From Callorhinchus milii (Eukaryota), in contig NW_024704743.1 in NCBI RefSeq assembly GCF_018977255.1, positions 115,384,001 through 115,448,000 on the forward strand: a stretch of 64,000 bases of DNA, in the 5' to 3' direction. This document shows, piece after piece, positions 1-11,560 of this stretch; within the stretch, counting starts at the first letter, position 1; every line of letters begins with the position of its first letter. Under the pieces are notes generated by a model. That model was not told the DNA's origin. It did no database searches and saw only the letters and a program-made list of their open reading frames with translations. The position numbers were made by a program, and so were the translations under genes.

Positions 1-80
1 TTAGAAAAAGTTAAATATTCCATTTCAATAATTGTTTAGGGAAATAAATATTTAATATAATCTTTAATGGTTCTTATTAC

Positions 81-262
81 CATTTTCAGGCTTGTACTTC
101 CTCACAGTCAGAGGAGAGACAGGAAAATCATGGAAAATATCCATTGGTAAATTTGGCATGCTTGCTGCAAATCGTTTAACCATCATAAAGTCATTGTTAC
201 GTTCTCTTCTCAAAGCTATCTCTTCCATGGTAGGTCTCCGGGGGCTATCTAGCATTTTCATC
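81..262 (-). CDS. DENND3: DENND3 coding exon 12 (MKMLDSPRRPTMEEIALRR...RFAASMPNL...YKPEN-G)
   Basis: Acceptor ttttactgttctag, donor G|GTAATA, 182 nt; SPRRPT and SMPNL motifs; part of ORF 64..477. Confidence 0.9.
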
Positions 263-774
263 CTAGAACAGTAAAATGAAATGGTAAGATACTGCTCATC
301 ACAAAACGGGGTATAATACTTTGTCACTGCCCAGATGAAAGGCTTAAAGGAATTGAGGTTCAAAGAAAAACACCAAGATTCTGCACGTTGAAGTGAGTAA
401 TTGGGAAGGATGAAAGCCTGTAATGAGAAAAAGCTAGCAAGAGCCAACTTGTTTTTCCAGACAGTCAACCTTACCAATATTTCAATAGTTTTAATAGGCT
501 AAAACTGCAAATATGGCCTCAATAATGAACTGTACAAGGCAAACTGCCTCATTAAGCCAAAGACTGCAAATCGTGTATGTCAATTGAAACCTAAAATTCA
601 ATTCCAAACCTATGGACAGAGTCCAAAGGTATACTGCTAAAATAAATTCTACCTTTCTTTGAATTTGTCTGGTTTGATTAAATCAGGTGTTAATTTTATG
701 CTCTATATTTTATCCATATAATTTTTCTTAAATTGTACATTTTTAATCATTACTTTTTACTTCAGAAATATTAC

Positions 775-878
775 CTGTCCATTTCAGAGCAGGTGCGGAG
801 TTCCATCTGTGTGAATGTATCCATCCTTCTGCTCAAACGATCTTTAAGGAACGAATGGAATATATAGGTCTCCAGCAC
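775..878 (-). CDS. DENND3: DENND3 coding exon 11 ([35 protein letters not shown])
   Basis: Acceptor aattgcag, donor AG|GTAATA, 104 nt. Confidence 0.93.
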
Positions 879-1616
879 CTGCAATTTATAAAAACAAGTC
901 TATTTTAATATGTTCACATTAATATGTATTTTTACAAAACTGATCGTGATAATGCAACAGCATCTGACAATAATGTCAAAACTTTTCAGCCTCCGAAAAC
1001 GCAGAAGCATCAAGAGGATTTTGTTAAATAAATGAATAGTATATCTAGATCAAATTCAAAATTTAGAACATTCAAATGTAATGTTTAAAAGGGAGATGGA
1101 TACGTAGGAAGTAAGGATATTAAGGTGTGTGAGAAAAGGTAGGAAAATTAGATTAAAAGATCAGTCATGACATATCAACTCAGCGAAGCAGACTTGATGG
1201 GTTGAATGGCCTCTTCCTGTTCCTAAGCTTATGAATTTTAAAGCTTCCTCCAATCTAGGATAGGAAAACGATTAAAACTAACAAAATCACAAGGCTGAAT
1301 CAGACATTGACCTCTGGAATGTTTTAACTGAATTACCATTTTCTATACAAGTAGCAGTCTATTTTGATGTCAGTAACTTGAAGCAGGAAGAACTAATTTT
1401 TGGGTTAGCTTGTGATTTTCTTACGTTTATAACCATCTCCTGTTTTTGCATGTTTGCTTTACACACAATCTTTCTATACCTACTTCATTTAAAATATATA
1501 TACCTCCGTATCACATCACTTTACAGCAATAAAATGATGAACGCTCATACATCTGTGAATCATTTTTATGTCTCAAATTATACAGAAATTATTTTGAAAT
1601 GATCTTGAAAGGTTAC

Positions 1617-1713
1617 CTTTTTGTAAAATGGTTGATCAGAAATTGTCCTCGTCTTCAGAAATTCATCACTGTTAAATACTCGATATTCATAGTTAAGATA
1701 ATCTGACACATCC
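1617..1713 (-). CDS. DENND3: DENND3 coding exon 10 ([32 protein letters not shown])
   Basis: Acceptor ttgttgtag, donor AAG|GTAACC, 97 nt, dDENN. Confidence 0.93.
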
Positions 1714-2098
1714 CTACAACAATAGATTAATTACTATTGAGTATTGCAGTTACATTTTGAATATTTAATAGGTTTTCTAACTGACTGCAGAAACGTTACA
1801 TTCATGACAAAATGTGAGAGATGGTGGTGTGATTCTCCCCCTCCCCATTCCTAACGAATGAGGGAAAATTCTGCCTTTTTAAAACTAGGTAATTTTTAGT
1901 TGTTTAGTTGTGCAAAATTAAAATAAAACCAGTGTCCAACTCAGGAAATCTGCTTGAATACATTTGATGGTCTGTACTGTATAGCTCACATTAAAATATT
2001 GTAGTTGGTAATTCTCAGAGTCTAGTCTATTCACTGCTACATGTAAATTTACAAACATTTACAAAAGTTCAAGTGACAGTGGAGGCTGCAGTGCATAC

Positions 2099-2254
2099 CT
2101 GAAGATATTAACAATTAACTCCAAGGACATTTCCTGAATTTGAGAGTTAAGATTCTGTTGCCAGCTCCTTCTGCGCATATGTAAATCTGAAATATCTGTG
2201 CTGGAGCCCAAATGCGAGAGTTCCAGATCATAGTGCATCTGTAGACTTTCAATC
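2099..2254 (-). CDS. DENND3: DENND3 coding exon 9 (IESLQMHYDLELSHLGSSTD...RRSWQQNLNSQIQEMSLELIVNIF-R)
   Basis: Acceptor tctgcccag, donor AG|GTATGC, 156 nt. Confidence 0.93.
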
Positions 2255-2532
2255 CTGGGCAGATTTGGTAAGAATACATTTTAAAAACAAGGTGGATTAG
2301 TTACCCTTTCAGGAATTTTTGAGAAACATTCTCTACACACAAGATTTGTTCACCTCCACTGATTCAAACAGCCCTAAAGGTTTTGCATAAATTCAATGCT
2401 CATACAGCTTAAATATGGAAATCTTTTCCTTCAGTTATTTCTACTGAAAGTGAAATATGCTATGACAGTTTTACAATACTCAATTTCTTATTCTAGAATT
2501 TTGGAATATTTTGGGTGACAAAATTGACTTAC

Positions 2533-2654
2533 CGTTGTACAAATCGTTCTGCAGCTTCTAAAGGAACTTCAGGGATATCTGGTTCAGTGTCTGTCAAATT
2601 TGAGCTTGTAATTGTTCCTTTGTCAATGTTCACCAATAACAAGCCTTCAAGTTC
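2533..2654 (-). CDS. DENND3: DENND3 coding exon 8 (ELEGLLLVNIDKGTITSSNLTDTEPDIPEVPLEAAERFVQ-R)
   Basis: Acceptor tttacacag, donor CG|GTAAGT, 122 nt. Confidence 0.93.
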
Positions 2655-2741
2655 CTGTGTAAATAGTTGAATACAAAATAATTAAATCACCTTAATTCTA
2701 ATTTCAGTTGTTAATTGTCCAATAATTTTATTGCATGAATA

Positions 2742-3090
2742 ATAATCCTTGCATTTGATATAGCACCTTATCACATCTTCAAGACATCTCAAAGCGCTTC
2801 ACAGAATATACTGTAAAGTGAATTGACTGTATTTTGTGAGCGAAACGCGGCAGCCAATTGCACACAGCAGGGTCCCACAAACAACCGTGGATTGAGTGAA
2901 CAAATTATTCTTTTTTTCATTTATTTTTGATTTGAAGGGATTATTAACCCTGGAAAAGCATTCTGCCAATCAACTAACAACCGGGTTCCTACTTATTGCG
3001 AGGTAAAGAAACGTGTGTGTGTGTGTGTGTGTAGGAAGGAAACTTGCCCACCGTTTCTCCCTGCCCAGGAATCGAACCCAGGTCCTCTTG
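2742..3090 (-). mobile_element. tRNA-derived SINE, long/older subfamily, with internal (GT)n
   Basis: Tail aataatccttgcatttgatatagc through B box aatcgaaccc. Confidence 0.85.
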
Positions 3091-3506
3091 TTGGCATTAA
3101 AAAGTATTATTCTTCATATTAAAATAATCCAATCAGGTACTTTCCTGTATTTGTTGATTTAAATTAGCTTTCTAAATTAAAATCAATATTGAGTGTATGT
3201 ATATTTATTGCTCTGTGTGAGACTCACACACTCAGATCCATTCAATACACTTAAAATGAATCCAAGCTGGAATTAGCAAGAAAACAATGCAGAGAAAGAA
3301 ACCTTTTAAAATTCCTTATATTGTTCCAAAATAAACATTGTCCTGGAATTAAAGCCGTTCTCATCGTATTTGTCCATGTTACAGTACAGATTGGCCCTTC
3401 CTTCCCACCCAAAGCAAATAAAAGAACACCTGTGCACCTCATAATTCAGCGTTCAAAATCAAGTTTGCGGTACATGAAATATTCCTAGTAAGAGTTTAAT
3501 ACTAAC

Positions 3507-3725
3507 AGAATTAACTTCTTTAAAATAGTCGACATGGCACCCCATGAGGAAAGCTGTTGGTGCCATCAGAAAATCCATCATTCCCTTTGAGAGAATAGGC
3601 ACGTAGGTGTGTTCCCACTGAAGTGGATGAAGATAAAGCATGAAAGATTCTGCAGTAAGTGTCAACAAAGCCCAGTCAGCTGACAAGAAGACGATCCTCT
3701 GTTCTGTCAATATGCAGGTCAGAAT
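3507..3725 (-). CDS. DENND3: DENND3 coding exon 7 ([23 protein letters not shown]...[11 protein letters not shown])
   Basis: Acceptor tttctttcccag, donor TCT|GTTAGT, 219 nt, cDENN core; overlaps ORF 3459..3710. Confidence 0.95.
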
Positions 3726-4752
3726 CTGGGAAAGAAAAATAAAAAATATTAATCAATTGTGAGAGACGGAATTGAAAATAGGACAAGTATTGCGGTCCTA
3801 GCTGGTCAAGCAGCAGGAAAGCTTGTCAGGCAATGCTCTCAGTGGCAAGCTATACATTTTTACATGGTTACATTCCAAAAGTACAACAACACACATTCTG
3901 GGGTCACCAAGACTTGGTTCTTAACCAACCTGCACATTTCAAAAGTGCCTTTCACGTCAGTAGGATGCCCCAAGGTGCTGGACAACCAGTGTTTCAGATA
4001 CAAGCTGGGGGTCGGCATCGGACAGGGGGGTAAGGAGGGTGATGAAAGGCATGGTCAAAGAGGAGGGTCTTGAGAGGCAAGGGAGATTGTCTATTGGTGG
4101 CTAGCAGTATTTTGGTTTTATGGGATGTTTATAAGTTTTTGACTGAAATTATATTTAGGATTCTCTAGTTTTCTCTCAAAAGGCTCTTCTTTACAAATGT
4201 AATTTTATTGTTGTATTTCCCATGTTTTTCTTTTTCTATATTGCTGATATCCTCCAGTCATCCAATCCCATCTATTCGGTTTTATTTACACTTAGGCTCA
4301 CTCTCGTGATACTATTGGGTAAGAAATTAGTATATCCAATAGTACCTTAATTTAGATTAACAAGAGGCAAGTGCTTTAGACCAGCCTGTAAGCTGGTTCA
4401 GTGCCTCTCAACCCCAGGAAAGAATGGAACCAGGAGGATATTAATGAATATTGATTAAACTGCAGTAACAAAGAAAAATTAGTTGGAAGAGAAACCTTTC
4501 TTAACCCACCAAAACTAACAGGCTCAACAAAATGTGCTGATGGCAATGACTATGCGCTGAGATCTGTTCCATTACCTGACCAATGTGGCAATGAGGAAGA
4601 AAAGCAACTATTTTGGTTAAATAAAACCAAGTAAAATCCATTATATCAATGAACTGACCATTTGCTCCAAAAATGTAAATATTCATAATGTAAAGTGCAT
4701 AAAATGAAATGTGAAATGTTATCCAAAGTTAAACATCCAAACTATGTAGCAT

Positions 4753-5128
4753 TAATAATAATACTTGCATTTGATATAGCGCTTTATTATGTCTTTGAGA
4801 AGTCTCAAAGCGCTTCACAGAATATACTGTAAAATGAATTGACTGTATATTTTGTGGGAAAAACGCAGCAGCCTATTGTGCACAGCAGTGTCCCACAAAC
4901 AGTAGTGGATTGAGCGACCAATTTTTTTCTCTTTTTTTTTAAAAAGAGGTTATTACCCCAGGAAAAGCAATCCGCCAATCGACTAACAATCAGGTTCCTA
5001 CTTACTGCTAGGTGAACAGAGGCATGTGGAGTAAGGAAACTTCCCCAATGTTTCGCCCTGCCCAGGAATCAAATCCATGTCCTCTCGCTTGCGAGGCGAG
5101 TGCTCTAACCACTAAGCTACAGAACTCA
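4753..5128 (-). mobile_element. tRNA-derived SINE, long/older subfamily
   Basis: Full tail, body and head (tgctctaaccactaagctac). Confidence 0.88.
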
Positions 5129-5137
5129 GTTAGTTAC

Positions 5138-5257
5138 CTGAAGTATACGTTTGGGTTGGAAGCACAGAAAAGGAGTGTGAAGGTCTAAATCTACCACAGG
5201 GCATTTTGGGTCCAGTTTTGAAGGCAGCACAATCTGCAGAGGTTCCAAATGAAATAC
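5138..5257 (-). CDS. DENND3: DENND3 coding exon 6 (VFHLEPLQIVLPSKLDPKCPVVDLDLHTPFLCFQPKRILQ)
   Basis: Acceptor atttttacag, donor CAG|GTAACT, 120 nt. Confidence 0.93.
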
Positions 5258-5694
5258 CTGTAAAAATATCAACATGCTTTATTTCAAAAGATGCACATGA
5301 ATAAAGACACCTGGTTAACATGCAGAAAATAAAATTTATTTCCAACAAATTCAATGAAAGCTTTATAAATTCAATGTGAAAATATGAATTAACATAACTT
5401 GAAATGACTCATACATTGCTGAAACACCCTGAGATTAAACAGCAATACAGGATAAAGCACAAGAAACCTAGCCTTCTATGGGACCTCTGAGGAAATAGAT
5501 AATTAATTTTCCAGAGGATAGAAGCAGATGTATTGTCATTTTTCAGCACAAATCTTTTCACTGCATTAATTTTCTTGAGATTGCATATCCAGCATAATGC
5601 CACACTGGTTTTCTTATCAATCTGGACTCTGGCCTACATTAGAACCATTAAATTGATATAGATACAAATAACCCCCCACAGATTCCCATTTATT

Positions 5695-6110
5695 ATAATC
5701 TTCACATTTGATAAAGCACCTTTCACGCCAGGACTTCTCAAAGCGTTTCACAGGATATACTGTGAAGTGGAGTGTAGGCAAAAACAGCAACCCAATTATG
5801 AACAACAATGTTTCAGAAACAGCCATAAAATAAATGACAATCTTAGTTAGTGATTGTTGGCTACGGTACCAGGAAAAACTCACTTCTCTTGTAGTGCCAT
5901 GGGATCTTTAACATCCACCTGAACAGGCAGATGAGACCTCAGTTCAACATCTCATCTGAAGAACACATCTAACAAGGCAACCCTCTCTCCAAACCCCCAC
6001 CCGCACCGCATTGGATTGCCAGCCTAGACTATTTGAATTCCGATGAAGGGCTTGAAACCACAATCTTCTGATTCAGGAATGAGTGCTGCAAACTGAGCCA
6101 GGTTGACACG
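5695..6110 (-). mobile_element. Old Deu-domain SINE (AmnSINE1/SacSINE1-like)
   Basis: Motif tagtgccatgggatctttaacatccacctgaacaggcagatgagacctcagttcaacatctcatc, as recalled for the Deu domain, plus a degraded tail and tRNA-like head. Confidence 0.7.
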
Positions 6111-6371
6111 CTGGCCATTATGCAGCTCCATATATCCCAAAACATACAGATGGAAGGATCAGGCTCATTAGTTAGACCCCCATCTTCCTCCATTGAAAAG
6201 CTTGCTGATATTCACTGCCTACTAAGAATGGCTGCTTGAGTTACTGCCTTTTTGAGTATAAACGGAAGTGAAAAGGAAAATAGAACAAATGCAATGCATT
6301 TAAACATTTTCATCTCTTTCAGCATCATCTTTAGAACAATATTTGCAATGAATAAATCAATACCAACTCAC

Positions 6372-6483
6372 CAAATGAAGTGGTCCAGGCGGTGGACTAG
6401 GTACTAAAGACAGCTTTGCTGCAAACTGTTTCACCCTGAAATCAAAGTCTACATCTCTACAGGATTTAAGATGCACTGTTAGG
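6372..6483 (-). CDS. DENND3: DENND3 coding exon 5 ([37 protein letters not shown])
   Basis: Acceptor ttttcttgcag, donor TTG|GTGAGT, 112 nt. Confidence 0.94.
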
Positions 6484-7071
6484 CTGCAAGAAAAGATCAT
6501 ATGAATAAATAACATGAAAGGCCAAAGTACATCTTACAGAATCTAAAAATATCTGATTGTTATTGCAAATGATGTTGGACTTCAGATAAAGAAACCAAGA
6601 GTTAATCAGTCTCAAGGCATAGCCACATAAGAATATCACTCAGAATCAATCTTCTTTGGTGAACCTGACAAAGCTTGGATGCAGATTCCGGTGACTGATG
6701 AGACATCAGTGGCCAACTCAGTGAGCTGAATCAAAAATCCTCATGGTATTAGCCTTAAGATAATTTTCGGCAATTTTAAAATTGAGCAGATTTATGAAAA
6801 TGTATTGAATTCTTAAGTTGAAAGTATTTTGGAAGATTGTGTTCTGCAGTAGTTTTTCAACCTCAACAATATTTACGGTTCCACCCTCCTCACCTATATC
6901 AATATTAAAAGTTAAGGTTAATGTGTTACTTCTGTGGTCAGTAAGCAAACAAGACTACTTCAAAACCATCATCAATAAACTAAATTATGTTGCACCAATA
7001 TGAATTTAATATAATAATCCTTGCATTTGATATAGCAAACATGAAAACATGCAACATGCTCTTCATCTTAC

Positions 7072-7214
7072 CAGGAGAGACAGTCCTTAAAGGCTCCATA
7101 ATAAGGGAATTTGGATATTAAACAAATGCTGAAGGGAGCATACAGCCTGGAAAGTCGCGAGTTTTGCGGCGTTGCGCTCCAGCTTGATTGGCCATTTTGT
7201 ACAGAATGCATTTC
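7072..7214 (-). CDS. DENND3: DENND3 coding exon 4 (EMHSVQNGQSS...LYAPFSICLISKFPYYGAFKDCLS-C)
   Basis: Acceptor ttaacag, donor TG|GTAAGA, 143 nt. Confidence 0.92.
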
Positions 7215-7379
7215 CTGTTAATTAAGGAAAAAGAGTAACAGATTCTATCTTATTGGATGATGGCAACAAGGGGGCTTTCCAAATATAACATTGTGGTTCT
7301 ACACTACATTGAATAACATACACAATAAATTAAGTTAATCCATTTTTAAAACTATATTTTGGAACCATTTCTGCCATAA

Positions 7380-7790
7380 CAACAATAATTTTACAGTTAT
7401 ATAGAGCCTACTTGGAAAACAAGCTGAGGGCTGGGGGTAAGGGAAAGAAGGTGACCAAAAGTGAAATCTAAAACAAAGATCTTAAGACCGACTTTAGGAG
7501 TGGATAAGGAGAGGGTGAGTGCAAGAAAGGAGGTGAGTTGGAAGGACTCTACGATAGAGTTCCAGAGAGCGGGAGAAGAATGCCTGAAAGCACACCTAAC
7601 GATAGTGGGGCTGGATGGGCAGGGGACATCAAGCATGCTAATGTTTGCTGGGTGGAGGAAGCAGCTGGGGTGGTAATATTGCAGTAGGTGCAGAGGTAGA
7701 ATGAGGATTTGAATGTTAAGACAAGGATCTTGAATTTGCTCCGCTGGGGGATGGGGAGCCAAGCAAGGATGCAGTTGATCGTCTCATGAA
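7380..7790 (-). mobile_element. Degraded L2 3' fragment
   Basis: WLPIPQRSKFKILVLTFK and AFRHSSPALWN remnants. Confidence 0.75.
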
Positions 7791-8065
7791 CCTGGTATGG
7801 AGGGTCCACATCTTGCATATGGAGGAGATGAGAAGTTAGCAGAGAGGGCATTCAAACACTGCAGCCAAGTGGAAGGCCTCCTGTCCCATCCTCTGGCTGC
7901 TTCCCCTCTTTCGAGCACCTCACCCTTTTCCACCCCTCTCTCCCCTTGAAAATCCTCCTTGTTTACCGTGCCCCTAAACCCCCCGGCTCCTTCCACAAAG
8001 ACATCTCCACTTTCCGCTCTTCCCTGTCCCTCTGCTCCGAGCGCCTACTCATAATGGGTGATTTC

Positions 8066-8391
8066 TGTGTGGAGTCCTGTAGCTCAGTGGTTAGAGCACT
8101 CGCTTTGCAAGTGAGAGACCTGAGTTCAATTCCAGGCAGAGGGCGAAACCTTGGGCAAGTTTCCTTACTCCACACAGAGCCTAATAATAATCCCTCCAAA
8201 ACCAAAAACAATAATAAATTGGTCATTTTCATTCTACGACTGTTTGTGGGACATTGCTGTGCGCAATTGGCTGCCGCGTTCGCCCACAAATATACAGTCA
8301 ATTCACTTTACAGTGTGTTCTGTGAAGCGCTTTGGGACGTCCTCCCGACGTGAAAAGCGCTATATCAAATGCAAGGATTATTATTATTATT
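8066..8391 (+). mobile_element. Young tRNA-derived SINE (short subfamily)
   Basis: A box tagctcagtgg, B box gagttcaattcc, Deu-like body, (TAT)n tail, TSD atttc. Confidence 0.92.
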
Positions 8392-8597
8392 ATTTCAACC
8401 TCCACCTGAACTTCCCCTGCACCACTTCTGCTGATTTTACTGCCCTCCTCTCCTCCCTTAACCTTACCCTACATATAAATTCACCCACCCACAACCGCGG
8501 TCATGCACTTAACCTCGTCATCACCCATGGACTTGACATTTCTGACCTTAGCATAGTGGACAAGGCCATGTGGGACCACCTTTTGATCTCCTTCTCT

Positions 8598-9574
8598 AGT
8601 GGACTAGTGGAGTGCCACAAGGATCAGTGCTTGGGCCTCAGCTATTTACAATTTCCATCAATGATCTAGACGAGGACATTGAATGTAACGTATCTAAATT
8701 TGCGGATGACACTAAACTAGATGGGAAAGTAAGCTCTGAGGATGATGCAAAAAGATTGCAACGGGATATAGATAGGCTAGGGGAGTGGGCGAGTAGGTGG
8801 AAGATGGAATTTAATGTGGGGAAGTGTGAAGTTATTCACCTAGGTAGAAAAAATAGAAAAACAGATTATTTTCTAGAGGGGGAGAGATTAGATAGTGTTA
8901 GTGTGCAGAGGGATTTGGGTGTCCTTGTACGCCAGTCTCAAAAAGTTAGTTTACAGGTGCAGCAAGCAACTAAGAAGATGAACGGCATGTTAGCGTTCAT
9001 TGCAAAAGGTTTAGAGTACAAGAGTAGGGAAGTCTTGCTGCAACTGTATAGGGCCTTGGTGAGACCGCACCTAGAGTATTGTGTCCAGTTTTGGTCTCCT
9101 TATTTAAAAAAGGACATACTTGCCCTAGAAGGGGTGCAGCGTAGATTCACTCGGTTAGTTCCTGGGATGAGGGGACTGACCTATGAGGATAGGCTGAATA
9201 AACTAGGGCTATATTCTCTAGAGTACAGAAGAACTAGGGGAGATCTTATTGAAACATATAAGATTCTTAAAGGGCTGGATAAAGTAGACACTGAGGGTCT
9301 GTTTCCGCTGGTAGGATAATCTATAACCAGGGGTCACAGTCTTAAAATTAAGGGTCAGCCTTTTAGAACAGAGTTGAGGAAACATTTCTTCACTCAGAGG
9401 GTAGTGAATTTATGGAATGCTCAGTCCTTGAACATCTTCAAGGCTGAGACTGATAGATTTTTAAATATAGGGCAGGTAATTAGAGTTAGGTCTGAAGATC
9501 AGCCATGATCTTATAGAATGGCGGGGCAGGCTCGAGGGGCCGAATGGCCTACTCCGGCTCCTAATTCTTATGTT
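8598..9574 (+). mobile_element. 5'-truncated CR1 LINE (RT C-terminus + 3' UTR) nested in L2
   Basis: ORF 8612..9319 (GVPQGSVLGP, KFADDTKL, VRPHLEYCVQFWSP); CR1 3' end gggccgaatggcctactcc; TSD cttctct at 8591-8597 and 9575-9581. Confidence 0.93.
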
Positions 9575-10119
9575 CTTCTCTCACATCCCTCTCTCCTCCA
9601 CCAAGCCCTCAACCATCCTCTACCGCCCTAAAAGGAAAAGGCTACCCCCTGAGACTATCACAAAGGCCCTCTCATCATCAGACATCCTATCCGTCTGGCC
9701 TTCCACCCACAGAGATCCTGAAGCAGCCATCCAGCTACTCCATGATCGCCTCTCCTCCCCTTTCAACTCCCTCGTCCCCCTAAAATCCAGGACCATCTCC
9801 AAACCCACCCGATCCCCCTCGTACAACAACCATTTCCCCCGCCAAAATATCCAAACCCGTCTGCTCGAGCGCAGATGGAGGAAAACTGGCCACCGCCAGC
9901 TGTGGCTCCAGTATCTCCACAGCTACCATCGTTCTTTGACACGCACAAAAACGGCCTTTTACTCCAACATCATCTTGGAGGCCAAAAACAATCCCCAAAT
10001 CCTTTTTTCCCCACCACCACTACCTCCTCTGTGCCCCCCTCAGGCCTCCTTAATCTTCACATCAAATGCCAAGTGCGAGGAGATCATGGACTTCTTTTCT
10101 GCTAAAATACTCAACATCC

Positions 10120-10295
10120 AACAACAACAAGATACCATTTATAGAACGCCTTTCACATCGGGAGGACGTCCCAAGGCGCTGTACAGTTGGGTCAGGACCC
10201 GAGCAGGGGGGAAATGGTCAGGGTGAGGGAAGGGAAGGGAGGGAACGAGGAAGGGGTAGAGAGTCGAGAGGGGAGCTGAAGGCACGGTCAAAGAG
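10120..10295 (-). mobile_element. Young L2 3'-end fragment nested in the older L2
   Basis: (CAA)n tail and stem-loop; TSD aacatcc at 10113-10119 and 10296-10302. Confidence 0.88.
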
Positions 10296-11215
10296 AACAT
10301 CCGCCAGGCAGCCTCATCCACCTACCCTTTGTCACCCACCACCACGCCCTCTCTGCCCCCCTCACCTTCCTCATCATCTGCTCCTACCACCACCCCTTTT
10401 CTACACACTTTCTCCCCATCTCTCCCTCTCGCCCACCTTCACCTCCATGAAACCCATCACCTGCTGCCTCGATCCCCTCTCCACCAACTTACTGGTCACA
10501 CAGCTCCCCCTCTTATGCCCACAACTGGCTGACATCATCAACCAGTCCCTCTCCTCCGGATCAGTCCCTGCCTCCCTCAAAACTGCTGTCATCACCCTCC
10601 TCCTGAAAAAACCTTCCCTAGATCCCTCAAACCCCAGCCATTACCGCACTATTTCTAACCTGCCCTTCCTCTCAAAAGCTCTAGAACGGTTTGTGGCCAA
10701 CCAACTCTGCGCACACCTCTCCTCCCACTCCCTCTTCGAACCTGTCCAGTCCGGTTTCCGCCCTGTCCATGGTACAGAGACTGCGCTTGTGAAAGTCACA
10801 AACGATATCCTCTCCATTTGTGACCAGGGCTCCCTCTGCCTGCTTGTCCTCCTGGACCTCTCCACCGTGTTCGACACAGTCGATCACGCCATCCTCCTCC
10901 ACCGCCTTTCCTCCGTCATCCACCTCAGTGGCACTGCACTCACCAGGTTCGAGTCCTACCTCACAAACCGCCAGCAGTACATCTGCACCAACGGCTTCTC
11001 CTCACGCTCTCACCCGGTCACCTATGGGGTACCCCAAGAATCCATCCTTGGCCCCCTCCTCTTTCTGATCTATATGCTCCCTCTTGGGGATGTCATCCGT
11101 AGACATGGGGTACATATCCACATGTATGCAGATGACACCCAACTCTATTTTTCCACCTCTCTTTGCGACCCCCAGTCTGCCTGTCAGACCTCAGGGGCTG
11201 GATGAGCGCAAACTT

Positions 11216-11528
11216 GCGTGGAGTCCTGTAGCTCAGTGGTTAGAGCACTCGCTTTGCAAGCGAGAGACCTGAGTTCAATTCCAGGCAGAGGGCGAAACCT
11301 TGGGCAAGTTTCCTTACTCCACACAGAGCCTAATAATAATCCCTCCAAAACAAAAAAAAACAATAATAAATTGGTCATTTTCAGTCCACGACTGTTTGTG
11401 GGACATTGCTGTGCGCAATTGGCTGCCGCGTTCGCCCACAAATATACAGTCAATTCACTTTACAGTGTGTTCTGTGAAGCGCTTTGGGATGTCCTCCTGA
11501 CATGAAAAGCGCTATATCAAATGCAAGG

Positions 11529-11558
<30 letters not shown>
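11216..11558 (+). mobile_element. Young tRNA-derived SINE (short subfamily)
   Basis: Near-identical to 8066-8391; TSD aaactt; splits host L2 sequence WMSAN|FLQMNVDKTEA. Confidence 0.92.

Positions 11559-11560
<2 letters not shown>

Noticed and set aside
8070..8140. tRNA-Ala(TGC)-like sequences at SINE heads (many copies)
   Set aside because: They have A/B boxes and an anticodon arm but no proper acceptor stem, and are always fused to the SINE body and tail. They are not tRNA genes.
7946..8669. Recurrent ORFs such as MGKFPYST...CKDYYYY and ...LQARDLSSIPGR (also at 11.2, 14.6, 19.2, 34.7, 54.6 kb)
   Set aside because: Chance reading frames through near-identical SINE copies, not a gene family.
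10066..11205. 379-aa ORF with RT motifs, as an intact or novel reverse transcriptase system
   Set aside because: It is a chimera reading through an antisense L2 tail into a frameshifted, SINE-interrupted L2 ORF2; a dead element.
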